This document shows, piece by piece, positions 50,001 through 62,623 of a stretch of 64,000 nucleotides of DNA. The stretch covers positions 1,254,362 through 1,318,361 of the forward strand of contig NMRA01000007.1 of assembly GCA_002633005.1 (NCBI GenBank). Direction: 5' to 3'. Under the pieces are notes generated by a model that ran no database searches, had not been told where the DNA came from, and saw nothing but the letters and a program-made list of their open reading frames with translations. Position numbers and translations under genes: made by a program. The stretch's first letter is position 1. Each line of letters starts with the position of its first letter. Origin of the DNA: Phoronis australis (lineage: Eukaryota; Animalia; Phoronida).

Positions 50001-51529
50001 GTAATGAAAAGCCCAGTTTAATTGCCTTCACAGTGTTTAAATTTTAAAGACCAAAACACTGTTTTTATAGTTAGGAAACCAACTGGGCCAGTAGTACAAT
50101 TCAGCTTTCAGTCCATCTACCTCACACAGTAGCTACTTTGCTAGTGTTCTCTGCACTGCCCTGAATGGCTCAAGAGAGCTGGATTGAAATATGATCACAG
50201 AATAAAGCATTTATTGCACTATTATAGAGAAGCCCTTTATTAAAAGCTGACCATTTTATTCTTATTGGGCTGTTTAAAAGGGTACTAGAGCAAGAGTTAA
50301 TTATACATAGCTCCATTGTAAGGTGACAGAAGCTGGTTGTATTGTTGTTTACATGAGATTATTCTGGGGTAGTGGAGTTTAAGTAATGAGTTGGTATTTT
50401 CTATAGCTACCAGAATGGTGAGTGAGGAATCAGGTCAGGTCTCCAGGGGTCTTAAAGGAAACCTATTCTTGTCATCAGAACATTTTGTCTGATACACATG
50501 AAGACAATAAATAATGTGGAATGCTCTGAGGATATTACTTTAAACATATCATCAGTAAATGATAAACACAGCACAGACATGGATTATCCTAACAATAACA
50601 CCATGGTAAGTCTTGCATCAGTTACCTTCTAAGACATCAAAAGACAGCTAAGTAGTTTAACAAGATCGTGGCAGTGGTTGTTATTTTAATTTGTCTCTTA
50701 TTTTTACTCTTAAACTTTAATTACAAATGTTTAATGATCTGTGGATATGTATGACATGCGTGTATATAATGTTCATTTCGTGTAAATTGGTCTCCATTCT
50801 GCCTGTGTGCATTTAGGCTGAGGAAACGATCACCAGTAACAGAAGTAAAAGCATTTTTTAATTCTATTTAAGTGCTTACGACTACAATGCAGGGTGGGGT
50901 CCGGAGGTGTATTTTTAATCTTGATGTTATAAATGGCTACATGTAAGGGGTACCATCATCAATGAGATAATCTCTCACTTAATCTGCTACTGAATGACAA
51001 GTCATGTAATGCCTGATCCACAGCTGTGCATGAAGAGCCTTTTGGCTACAGAGATTTTATTAAAAAATTGCCAGCTTCCACTAATCCGTTTTCCATCTGA
51101 AAATACCAGTATCGGCTCATGAATTGGAATGATATTCGCTGATACGCATATGCAAAATGTGAACGGTAAAAGGGAGTATTGAAGTGAATATGAATTTAAA
51201 AAATCAAGAACCAAATCAATGGAAAACTAGAGAAGTGCAAACCCATTGAATTGTGGTTAATTAGTTAATTTTAACCTGGTGTAACCAACTAAACATGAAA
51301 ACTTACCTTCCAAGGTAGTGCTAGAGCGAAGCTTACGTTTCCGACAGCAATAGAGTATCAGCAGAGTAACAGCGATGACAAGCAGACAAAACGCGAGAGT
51401 TCCTAAAATACAACCAGCAATCACGCCGTCCAAACTTGGGCACGGTGAATTTTGAGCAGCAGCAAATCCATAGCAGAGAAAAAATATGAGTAACGTGTTC
51501 ATCCTGTCCATTTTTATCCGTTTTTTCAT
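21406..51529 (-). CDS. Gene 2 (6 exons, about 1158 aa): single-pass membrane protein with a periaxin/AHNAK-type PDZ domain and a long acidic disordered tail
   Basis: Exons 51529-51307, 35635-35522, 27218-27160, 26506-26426, 25736-25592, 24260-21406; GT/AG boundaries, phases 1,1,0,0,1; total 3477 nt = 1159 codons. Confidence 0.72.
24630..24937. mobile_element. GC-rich MITE (GGCGGAT...ATCCGCC TIR family)
   Basis: ATAGGCGGATTTAGGGG ... CCTAGATCCGCCACTG. Confidence 0.65.
25592..25736 (-). CDS. Gene 2 exon, first half of PDZ (GLGF loop)
   Basis: ttgtccag acceptor, gtgaga donor; TGTCITVPLQSQDFIGLGFDIRGNMRDGILVSQVNNKGPANDSGCIHL(G), in phase with the terminal exon. Confidence 0.9.
26426..26506 (-). 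CDS. Gene 2 internal exon
   Basis: gtttcag acceptor, gtaatg donor; 81 nt, KTEQSEKNNGVDARQWSSQHSDGAVDK, phase 0 at both ends. Confidence 0.65.
27160..27218 (-). CDS. Gene 2 internal exon
   Basis: Strong polypyrimidine acceptor ttttctctattacag, gtatgt donor; 59 nt, GFAGYVQCKEYTRKKPPQTV; supplies the needed phase 1 to 0 change. Confidence 0.6.
28515..28865 (-). mobile_element. HINE internal-repeat fragment
   Basis: AAAATTACCACTAGATGGC and AAACTTCCACCAGGGAGC units match the reverse complement of the HINE repeat. Confidence 0.5.
32026..32068. repeat. (AAT)n microsatellite
   Basis: About 10 AAT units followed by ATTTATTTATAGCG. Confidence 0.9.
33236..34570 (-). mobile_element. HINE-like element, copy 3 (more diverged)
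   Basis: Begins ACAAGAGCAACGC, the reverse complement of the HINE 3' end; repeated CCACTAGG and GCCAAATTTCATG units. Confidence 0.65.
34791..34946. mobile_element. 156-bp Tc2/pogo-like MITE related to the ends of 2478-4903
   Basis: ta|CCGTATACTCGT ... ATGAGTTTATGG|ta; internal GGGGGTGGGC..TTA and CATGGGC motifs shared with the 2.4-kb element. Confidence 0.7.
35522..35635 (-). CDS. Gene 2 exon 2 (juxtamembrane cytoplasmic segment)
   Basis: tcttccag acceptor, gtaaga donor; GNKGGTLIKEDRKSGHAYDNPVFKDETDGDDPVSNAEQ, phase 1 at both ends. Confidence 0.75.
36570..38224 (-). mobile_element. Non-autonomous Helitron with an internal tandem duplication of about 375 bp
   Basis: Minus-strand 5' a|TCTATTATATAAAATG (38224); 3' hairpin (ACCCGTGC/GCACAGGT) then CTAG|t (36570); direct repeats 37087-37461 and 37462-37850. 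Confidence 0.75.
42010..42165. mobile_element. hAT-like MITE
   Basis: TIRs CAGTGCTGTA and TACAGCACTG; 8-bp target duplication TTGTAAAT / TTGTTAAT (1 mismatch). Confidence 0.8.
42480..42632 (-). mobile_element. GC-rich MITE copy
   Basis: CAGGTGCGGATCCAGG ... AAATCCGCCACTG; interior is the reverse complement of the copies at 43260 and 49166. Confidence 0.75.
43260..43419 (+). mobile_element. GC-rich MITE copy
   Basis: Shares CTCCCAGATTCCATTTGGCAGTT and GGCAAAATCCTGGCTA with 49166-49332; ends CTAGATCCGCCCCTG. Confidence 0.75.
49166..49332 (+). mobile_element. GC-rich MITE copy
   Basis: CAGTGGTGGATTTAAGGGG ... CTAGATCCACCCCTG. Confidence 0.75.
51307..51529 (-). CDS. Gene 2 first coding exon: signal peptide, short ectodomain, TM helix
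   Basis: MKKRIKMDRMNTLLIFFLCYGFAAA-QNSPCPSLDG-VIAGCILGTLAFCLLVIAVTLLILYCC-RKRKLRSSTTLE; gtaagt donor; at the edge of a CpG-richer region. Confidence 0.8.
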
Positions 51530-51790
51530 GCCATGTGCGAAGCGCGACTCATCATGTCAACTCACATTGAAAACGTACTAGTGGTACGCACACATTGCTT
51601 CGTTGGGTCATGCGATTGGCCACTCCACTTTCGCATACCTGCCCGTGAGGTATGTGGATTTTCTATACCTTATTTACACGCGAATGCAGCCCCATACATC
51701 AATGGTATTTGCCCTAACAATACACAGTGTCATATCTCAATACGCACGCATTGGCCAACCCGGGCCTTCGGGTTAGAACATTCCATTGTC
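51530..51790 (-). promoter_or_regulatory. Putative promoter/5' UTR of gene 2
   Basis: CpG-richer DNA; CCAAT boxes on - at 51615-19 and 51750-54; TSS not determinable. Confidence 0.4.
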
Positions 51791-53748
51791 AGGGGTGGCA
51801 AGTTACAGTGCCAATTTCACTTTCAGTGAATATTCAAAGGTGTTTTATAAATCGAAGACAGTGAAGACGTGGATTCTCCGCAAAGACTTTTATCTTTGTT
51901 TTTTCAAATATTCTTCAATTCGCTCGAAATCTTAGCAATGAATTTTTAATTACTGTTAGGAAAGCAATAGGCCCCTAGGCCGGCACGGCCGAATGCTATT
52001 GTGAAAAAGCAGAATATCTAGTCTCCGAATCCTTGTGGTCAAACTCACGTAGCCAATTTTTCCATTCACAAAAATATGCTTTCAACTCTGAGGTCATTGT
52101 GAAATAACCCCTTTTTGCAACGTAATGGAACCACATGAGAACGACTTCTCAACACAAGATTATATGTCATTTCGACTACCCCAACCTTTCCCATGCACCT
52201 TCAATGAAAATCTCCCACCGAAGCTTTCCGATCGAGCAGATAATCCGGCAGATTGAGCTTCTCTTCCATTTAACAATACCAGTTCAGGGGCCCAGTATTT
52301 GTAAATGGAAGGGAATTAAACAAACGACGGCAGATAAGCATCATTCATAAAACCTCAAGCCGAAGCGTAATATACGATTATCCTGGACTGTGCTTCACAG
52401 ACGGTTCATTCATAAATTGGAGTAGAGTGACGTTGAAAAAGTTGAATACCATACATGCATAAATTCAGCTGCGGTAGTAACCACATTTTCTCCATTGTTT
52501 TTGTTTTAATCTGTTAAACATATAACTAATTGATAAACTTTTCTCTTTAATTTCAAATGTCACTCTAATGCTGACAGTACTCTCTATATTTCATCGTGAG
52601 ACAAAGTATATTATGCATATTGACAAACATCAACTTCAATGGTGTCTCCTTTTCTCTACTGTTCTATTCTTCATGTTCTCTAATATTCTTTATTTCCCTA
52701 CACCATTCTACGAGACAGAAAGGTCATACGCTGTTTTATTTTTCGTTATTACAAGTTGTAGAAAACCATCTTCGCTATCAAACTTCTGGTACAGATAATT
52801 CGCACGTCGATGTATATTACGGGAGTGCACCATTGAACTACACCAAGTGCACAGCGGAGCTAAGAGTACGACACGAGGTATTTTCAACTTTATACAAAGT
52901 TTTCTATTATGAAAAGACTAAAAACAAAATGAGCGTGCCAAGCAGTCAGAGTCGTCGTAGCTCTCCAATGTTGACATTATTTAACAATATTTAATCTGAG
53001 TGACCGAGAAAATACGGTTAATATTTGCGATAAAAACTCTTTATTGAATACGTCTATTTAATCAGAAAACATCAAGAGTAAGTTGTCCGTGAAATGAGCC
53101 CTGATCCATAGGTCAGTACCTTGCATTTTCCCATGCGTTTAATCCAAAGGACTTTATTCCACTGACCAAACAAGAAAATATAACACGTTACCCTGGCCTC
53201 GATGATGAAATAGAGACTAAGGCCAGAGCGCTCTAGCCTGTAGCAAAAGATGCTCGGTTACCGGAAACTTCTCGATGTGGGAAGAAACTAAATGCTTTAG
53301 TATCAGGGTCGCGTCTGAGAACGCATGTCCTCTACTCTCGCTGGTTCCCTGCGTGCCGCTAGATGGGGCGGTAGCCGCGCCAGCACGCAGGTATCACTTA
53401 AATTTCCTCTGTAAATTTTTTTACACCGGCGTTTCTGATTGGCTAGTCGAATTCTCAACAGGCAGCGCTTTGCGCAAACAAACTGGCATGACTGATGGAC
53501 TGAAGTGTAAATGTGGTCTGTTGTACAGACAAATCGGTGCTTAAAATTATGTTCAGGAAATGTGAAGCCTAGAAATTGTAATATTGAGCCTTTTCGGAAT
53601 ACATCTTTCTACTGTCGATGACTTTTGTTTACGATAGTGTCCTTATACAGTATGAATAACACACCGGTTAAATCGGCCACATGATATGTGTTTATTGTGC
53701 ATGTATGTGCTTCAAGCACGCGGCTATTAAACATCACTTCAGAAACGA

Positions 53749-53909
53749 NNNNNNNNNNNNNNNNNNNNNNNNNNNNNNNNNNNNNNNNNNNNNNNNNNNN
53801 NNNNNNNNNNNNNNNNNNNNNNNNNNNNNNNNNNNNNNNNNNNNNNNNNNNNNNNNNNNNNNNNNNNNNNNNNNNNNNNNNNNNNNNNNNNNNNNNNNNN
53901 NNNNNNNNN
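53749..53909. other. Assembly gap
   Basis: Run of N bases. Confidence 1.
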
Positions 53910-56202
53910 CCGCCTCTGCCACCAATACGCATACATCACCACCGCACCGACCCACCGATCTTTTTTTGCGAAAAAGGTCACGGTGTCGTACACAGTAGTT
54001 CCAATACTTTAGTCATACCATAAGTAAGAATTTTAATAAGATTTTTGTACCTTTATAGCCCAAATCATGTGATTTTCAAGGAAAAATTAATTAGAGTCAT
54101 ATCATTTATACGTAGTTGGTGGTACTGGTGTTCCTGACTCAGATTCAAATTAGGAGTCGTGTAACTTCAAGGATGCAGATGACTAGATGAGCGATTCCCT
54201 ATGGTTTAGTGATAACCCCCTCGTAGCCAACAAATTCTTTGTGCTGGGTAAACTGCCCATTTCCTCTCAATATTACATTTCCTGTTAGGCAGTACATTCT
54301 ACCTCACCGCTGCCGGCTTGCAAAATTCGGCCTCCTAAATCAACCAAATGTCTCTTTCGCGGCGTTATCAATCAACCATTTGTCAAAGTGTCACGTACCA
54401 AATGCACAATTTGCGAGGTCTTACAACCCACACCGTCCCAAGACCCCATTAGATGTTCCTGTCCAACGACTGACAAACATATCTCAGTACCCGAAAAGTT
54501 CAAAATTGTGATGTTCACTTATTTCCGAACATACTCCACAATAGTAGGACTGAATTGGAATTTCAGATTAAAACGTGATCATTAGGTAAATGCACTGTTA
54601 TATGCCTACAACATACAGTGCATGGCAACAAAAGGAAACGTCCGTCCGTTTTCTTAAGTGAGACGGAAAGACTTGAAAACTTCCTTCACGAAGAACGATA
54701 ACTAGGCTCTCGTGCTTTTAGGTCAGATCTTTTGTGCAATGGGCCCAACCATGAGGCATGCACACGTCTCAGTGAAGCATCGCAAATGACATCAGACCAT
54801 CTGCAGTTTTTTATTTATTTTTTAATGCACAATTGCAGATGATAAGGCTACGGGGTATTGCGGGTTGCATGGATTTCACGAGCTAGGGGGACTGTTGTTC
54901 TGTAAGACCAACTGGCGTTGCACAAACGAAAACCAAGTGGTCGGTGTGGCGATGTGTTTAGTGGCCAACAGAGCAAGTGGTCTTCCTGAACAGTGAGAAG
55001 CGCCATCTTTTGAAAAAAACCGCGTGACCAATACAACCCACAGGCAGACTAATTCCCCAACAACGACCACATAAGAAATATGATTTATTACAGTTAGTGT
55101 TGGTGCCAGTGGTGGATACGAGGAATAAATAATTTCAAGGACTACGGTCCAATCAAACTCCACAGACAAAAATCGATTTGTAGTCTTCTTTCCTCACGAA
55201 CCGCACGAAAGAATTACATTTAACAATGAACGTAGTTTTCTTGTCAGTGAACACAATTCTTTTACTCGTTAGCTCGATTTTTTCACGTATCACGACTCTC
55301 ACGCATTAAATAACTTCTTCACATGAATCACTCTAACTAAGTCGAAAGTTTTGTGGTTCTGAGGAAACAAACGTGACTGTTCGTAAAGAAGTGCATTTTG
55401 AACATTCATAAAGCTGCATTTCTCCCGTTTAGCTATCAATGGTGAAATCTTAGCCGAAGCGTTTTGGGTTTTAAAACTTTACCACGCTCCTCTAATCTCG
55501 AATTATTGTCAAATGAGCCCGAGCAACTCAATTCAGAGGCACTGCGTACATGCATCATTTTCGAATCCTTAATTTAAGGGTTAGTCAACAACTCTTAATC
55601 GTTTTTTCTGTAATCGTTGATGGTTTGGTAACGATAGTAAATGGTGATTCTCCAGAAATAGGACAAAACTTTTATTGATATTTTTTTTATCCAATAGAGA
55701 TTGGAACTTCAAATTTTGCAGTCAATTTTATGTATTGAGCTTATACTGACGTCGAATGTTGTTAATGCTTACGTTTTCGGCCATACCAGTTTTCCCCCGA
55801 CATTTGTTGCATTTAGTACAACGAACCAAGACGTAGAGTGAACTGATGTCTGTAAAGATGGCTTAGTTGAGCTTACCAGATAGGCAAAGACTTACACCTA
55901 TGAATCCAAGCACTTTTACAATAAGTGCCAGAAATACCCCCCATCAGTATCTATGTACAGCTCCAGTCGACTCGGAGTCTTGGGCGCTGCTCCAAGTATT
56001 ACGGAGTTCAACAACGAAATTAATACCGTGCCGAAAAAACGCCGACAAGCAGCCTTGAACAATCTTTTCGCAACAATTGCTATCAGCGCTAGTTCACAAT
56101 AAAATTATACAGGTTTGTGCAAAGTTCCGCTTCCAGTGTAGCTCAAAAACAAAACATATGCTCGCAAAAAGTTTGCCGGAGGCCCGTTTCGGGAGACGGA
56201 AC

Positions 56203-56335
56203 CCAGGGGCGGATCCAGGATCTTGAGTTAGGGGGGGGGCAGGGCACAGAAATAACCAGAATTTCGCCACATGCGCGCGCCTAGCCTAAAATGAAATATA
56301 GGGATGCGGGGGTCNCCGCCACTGGAACCGCCCTG
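56203..56335. mobile_element. GC-rich MITE copy spanning a single-N join
   Basis: CAGGGGCGGATCCAGG ... GGAACCGCCCTG; N at 56315. Confidence 0.6.
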
Positions 56336-59300
56336 TAGAATCATATCGCGGTGAGGAATATTAGACGCGAGCAAAGAGGCTAATTCGATTTCCATTTTCA
56401 ACCAGCTACACTGGGCAAAATACAGCTTAAAAATGAGTGGATATAGCAGTGAACTACCACTACAGCAGGGATGTAGGCTGCCCAGATATACCAAATTAAA
56501 TCCAAACTCGTGGTGGCTGAAATGTGTGTTTGGATTTGGGACTCCCAATAACCACTCGGACACAAGAAATAAAAGAACCCGTCGGCATGCCGATTTTACG
56601 GTGAAGGCGAGTTTTCCTACGAAAAATGGGTTGGTCCTCTAACGACTCCCTACATCCGCCAGTGTGTGAAGAGAGCAAGCAGACTGGTTGATCACATGAA
56701 GCGTTACCGAAACATAAAGCACTAACCGCAGCTTGTAAAACTTTCACTCCTTTGCCCTCACTGTTAAAGCGGCTTAGAAACTCGGGTAATTCCGTCCGAG
56801 CAGCGAACTTATGATTTAAACCACTTTCTGCCATAGAATAGGCCTCAACTTACTCCCCACCGAGATGAGAAGTAATTTCTGGGTTTGCAACGTAGTATAC
56901 TCAGAGATGATGCTTAGTGGATAAAATAATACACCGTAACATGCCATCTTATAGAGCCCTGTACTCGGAACTGCCAGTTCTTTCGAAGCAAAAAGTTATA
57001 TCTTAACTTTACAAAATAACGATTTCAAAACAATTTCACAACAGTAAATAGTCTAAATGATTTTTTTGTGACGTGAGGCGGATTTATTGCCGATTTATTA
57101 CCATGACACTAGCTTCTGCAATCCGTTGCAACTGAAAGATGAAATTCGGAGTGACTGGCCATCTTTCTGAATTTCTGAGCCGTTTTTAGATTTGTATATA
57201 CCGCTACTCTCGGTGTTCTTGGTGGCAACGGAAATAAAGTCTTGCCACGTTAGGAAATTTTCAGACAACTTTTGAAGGGATATGTGCCCCAGTTTCGTTT
57301 TTGTTGGCCTGCAACTCAACAAGAGACAACGCAATTCAAATATGCACTGTGTTTGCTGTTTGTACTGACTATGTGCCATTGTATGATTTTTTAAAAGAAA
57401 CATTCCACGTTTACCCTCACTCTTTATTACTGGAGGTGTGATTGCTGGACAATGGGGCCATTTGGAGACCATAAATCCACTACTGATGCAAGTTTTTTGT
57501 TTGTTTCAGGAGCACAACATTCAAACATACCCTGCAAACTGTGAATCCTTAAAAAACAACACACTCTGAAAAATCTTTTGTAACTACATAGTAAATAAAT
57601 AAAGACACCAGTGGTTTAAACAATGTAGGTTAGTCTTAAATGGGATAAATTTTTTTTACATGAAAGATTCAAAGATACTCTTTACTTTGTACTAACTTCA
57701 TAAATGCAAAGATACCAATCAAATAACAACATTTCTTATATTACAATTCAAAATTTAACAGTGAATTCTACTTATTTTGAAAAAAGCTGTGTCCTGTTGA
57801 AACAGCACCATTTGAGACTTATTTTCTAAAAAACCAGGTGTATCTTATAATAGGTTTAGAGAACGTTTTAAATAACTGAGGAGGAAAGAATATCCTTAAT
57901 TGCCATTAAATGCCACATATACCAAACTGTATACAGACAATGTCAATCCACCAGTGTGGCTGAAATCGTAATAAATCTGGCTAATTCAATATTGCACAAA
58001 TGACAGAAGTTCATCCATTAACAGCATCTCCACTACTAAAGAGCAACGAGAATTAGAAAATTATTCACAGAATTAAGGAAATTTCAAACAATATCTTCAC
58101 AGCTATACAAAGTGGCCCAACTTACAAATCGATAAATTTTCATTGCACCAATCTACTATTTCATTACTCGAAACCAAATCTTTAAAACTTTCAAATCTTG
58201 ACTCCAGGTTTACTGGCTAAAGAGAATTCATGAACTAGCCAACTTATTTTGGAAATTTGGCGAATATAAACATTTTTGCAATAGTCTGAAATGACATGCC
58301 CGCCTTTTGAGAACCATTGATGGCTATTATTCAGTGGAGAAAACAGGTTCTCAAAATGGGGACACCATTACAAAATATCAAGACCATTACAAAGTTCTAT
58401 TTTTTTAAATTTGACAGGAAAAATACAGGTATGCATGAATAGGCTACTCCGTGTAAAAAATTTCATTGAACAAAGAACCATTAGGAGTAAACTGACAATG
58501 ACTCCCCCTATTAGATGAGACTGGAGTTGGTGACACTCAAAGTATAGCATACACAACACTGTACAATAAGCGTATTAGAACAAATGTTGAAAAAGTATGA
58601 TTTTCATAGAAAAATCTTGAAAATTTGTATAACATGTGACAACACTGTTTTTACTGACATATATACAACTGATCACTAAAAATGTTTAAATTGTACATTA
58701 GCATCAATTTTTGTTTTTTCATCTAAATATCGATAATAAAGACAACATAAACTGTAACTATGCGTTAATACCTTGTGCAGTAAATAGTTGAGAAGTTACA
58801 GTGCATTAAGACAACAAAAAATATACAAAGACACAGAAAGCGCAAATTTAGGTAAGATGTCCAACGATCAGAAAGCTGTTTGTCACCTTCAGACCAAACT
58901 AATAAGGAAATTAAGTTACAGAACTGACGGGAATTGTATACAGAAGTTACGGAAATGTGAAAAACATTAATTAACGTAAGCGTTAAATGAAGTTACCAAA
59001 ATAACATACAAACACTGGTTGCAAGATCGAACCGAATTCGAAATCAAACTGATCTACGGAAAGTTATCAAAAGAAATTAGTGGTATGAGATACAGTAGTT
59101 TTCGAAAAACAACTTGACAAAATTTTTCTTGTTCAAAATCAATTAAACACGGTGATGCACTTAATGACGTGGTTATGACCCATTTCTAATCAATAGATGC
59201 ATTGTTTGTGTGGCACTTGAAAAAAGATCAAAACAATGCTGAAAATAATACTGGCAAGTGTTTTTTTTTCACTTTTTAACAGTGAGGCACAAACCAGAAT

Positions 59301-62300
59301 CGAATTTGGCCTTATCAATCAAAATCAAGAGTTATTTTTCTTCTGGTTTCCTTCTGAGTTTTCACTACAACTTTCGGTGAAATTCACCAACCTGCTTTTC
59401 GAAGACTACTACAACCACAGAATGTAACTAACGGCACCCTCAAGGGTGCCAACACCACAATGTAGTTCTCAATACTTTCTGAAGAATTTTGACACAATGG
59501 GCTAAATATTTGAGACGTTGTTGCAATCTGAGTAAGAACACCATTAATAGTGCCGTATTCAAGATGCGTTTTTAGCAAAGGATGTCCATTTCTACCCGTC
59601 AACAGTCCGCTGCATAAAGGGTTTAGCAAAGACTCAAACGAAGAACTACCTTGCTGCGACTGGTACCCGAATCTAACTATGAGAACTGCTTTGGCAAGAA
59701 CTCGACCAAAGATGTAAAATAAGACAAGAAGGGTTGAGAATGATGAAAGTAAAGGGATCTTAATGCACTGGGGTGCTTGTCTGTGTGAAAGGAGCTGGGT
59801 GCGCGGAACACTAAAGGCCGTTGCCAAATAACTACGTGCAGTGCACAGAAACCATGGTGATGAGAGATATGTTAGTGACACATATACATGATGCAAAAAG
59901 ACAACAACGATGACATCCAACAACACAAGTTCTCTGTACAACCACAAACAACTCAGCCGGTCATCTAGTTTCACACCAGTGCTTCTTTAGCATGTCAAAG
60001 ACATGGAGCGTTTAATAATGCAAATGTAACTCTACAATTGCCAGCAATTGTAGTATTTCTAGCTTGAGCTCCACCCTCTGTTACAGGGTGAGCAAGATAT
60101 GAGAGACTTAAGCCTACCTGCATAGCAATAAAGGAGCAAAAGCCATGAGGGGGGATAGAAAATGTGAACGTCTCACTCGCTGTACTATGGGGTGTGCTAA
60201 TACAAGGGGTGGCATGTGAACGGGTGGCAATCAGAGAATAGGTTGAAGGTGCATGAATCCAGGGACTAACTACAACTACTGCACAATAACAAATTACAAA
60301 CAGTAAATCACTTTTTTCTGTTTTCATGTTTCGGTAAATATTTACACATTTCTGACATCCTGTTTCGCACTCATGTGAATCACCGCCAATTCCTGTCAGA
60401 ACAAGTACCAGTTACTGTTGATCTTTCACATGTCATTGAATGCATGACAGCAAGATATTCTCATCAAATGGAAAAAAATGTTACATTGAAGCTGAAAAAA
60501 AACCAATTAGTGACGGTGTTGGTTGAAAATGTATCCGTTAACTAATATTTACAATGAGGGTAGCCGCATCAGTTGTCACTGTTTTCCATGGGGGCCCTCT
60601 GCAAAAACATACTAATGGCTGTTCCACATGAGTGAGGAACAGGACATCTTGCACACGACAAATCAATGAGTCACAAGCCATGACTGCTGACGTACTATGT
60701 ACAAATTCATATCCTAGTTTAGGGCAAAAGGTGACAAAGAACTTTCTGATGACTTAATGACATCGAACCTAGCCTGACGAGCACAGCGGAACACTTAAGA
60801 GTTAGCAGGACCTAGAAGCCACTGAAACTTAACAACATAGTCACATACACCACTACGATTAACAAAATATCCGGCAGTAATTGATAGATACCGTTATAGG
60901 TCTTGTGGCAAACAATGCGCAAAAGATAATTAACGGCCTAGTCTTCCCTTGTCGAACTACTGTCATGGTATCCACTTACGGTAAACTGATACCTTAACAC
61001 GAAATTCTGCTAAATCATATCTGACGACCACAAATTATAATCGTTCCGAATAAAATAATTGAGGAAGTGAAAATTAAACCCCTAATATGCAAACAGCCAG
61101 ACGAGACATTGATCACAAGGTCTCTGAATGGAAACGAGCAGTGTAGTACAGTTACTCAATTCTAACGACAGGACACATTGTAACACACAACCCATCGTTT
61201 GCCTGGCTTTTGTAGCATTGCTATCTTTTCACTAGTTTGTTGATGAATTGCATTAAGACAAGCCACAATACAGTACGTGTCAAAAGTGATCAAGTAAAAT
61301 CAAGGCAGACATCGTCATCACGACAGCCGAGTGAAAGTGAAATTCATTATCATAGCAGCGGTCTTTTGATGGCCAGAAATGACAGGGAACTCACTAGAAA
61401 GTTAATGAAGTGGAAAGGCTATTCCTTCGTTGGAATTTAACAGGAACACCACGTCACGACCCATCAATACCTGTCATTTGCAACCTCACGGCAATTAGCC
61501 ATCGAGATTGGATACCTGTATTGTGACTGGTTACTTCTGGTGAGTACTGTACTTGAATGCTACGGCTGTAATCTCAACACAATTTACTTTTAAAAGAGAG
61601 ATTTCCGCAAAGAAATGAAGACTGGTCACCTTCAACTGAAGATTTTGCTGCCACTTGGTGAGAGATGATGGCACTTCTGCTGTTCAGTGGTTAGCAAAAG
61701 AGCACACTTTGACCCTCATGACTAGAATCTTCTACAGAGAACAGATGTACTTGAACTGCTTTGTACGACAGCTAAATAAGTGTAATTTTTCAGATTCTGT
61801 GTGCCTTTGGGTAAACGATGAGGGCATTTAAATTGAGAAACTCAAAAATCAGGGATAAGGCATGAAGTTGAACACAACAGAACGAAGATGTTCAAATGTG
61901 AAATAGGCACAAATTCAGTAGGGCTTTTCTGCTAGACATGGTTATTAACCTGAACAGGTAAAGCATTTAGCACAAAAACAACCTCTAAAATCCCATTTAT
62001 AATTTTTTAGAGGTTGACTACCATATTAAAATTTTGACCAAAGATTGTTTCATGCCAGCTGCACAGCACGAATCATAGCAATAATGAAGTAATCTTTATA
62101 TTAAAAAGTAGAACTTCCTTGCATTTATTTTTGTTTAGAAATATACGACAAAATGGAGTTCCACATTTCCGCCAAAGAGTATGCTAAATTAGAAGTAAAT
62201 TACTGTACTCTTTCACTACGAGTCACACGTGACCAGCCATAATTGCTTTGTAAAGACTCCTCCCATAGTAGTAATGCAATACTTGCTTGATATGAACAAG

Positions 62301-62623
62301 TTGTTCACACATAACAGAAGATGGTAACTTATTGTGGGAAACTCCCGGATAACCATTTCCTAATGCTGCTCATTCATAAATCGCATCAGGCCACGTAAGA
62401 GCATAATAGTGACTTCAGAGAATAGTAAAAACAAAACAAGACGGTAAAAGCAAACAGAATCGGCAAGCATACTTCGAATATAATTCAGGCAGAGTAAATA
62501 CAATGCAGCCAGTTCGGCGATCTTGGGTCCTGTGCTTGCTTCTTAACCATTCTGCAAACTCGTGAGACAGGCTTCCTGCATACGTCAATAGTCACAGTGG
62601 TGGGCTGGATGTGGAGAGCTATA

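Noticed and set aside
53609-54023. ORFs containing X runs
   Set aside because: Artefacts of the N gap.
59384-59974. 196-aa hydrophobic minus-strand ORF
   Set aside because: No recognisable domain or splice support; composition fits T-rich UTR-like DNA.
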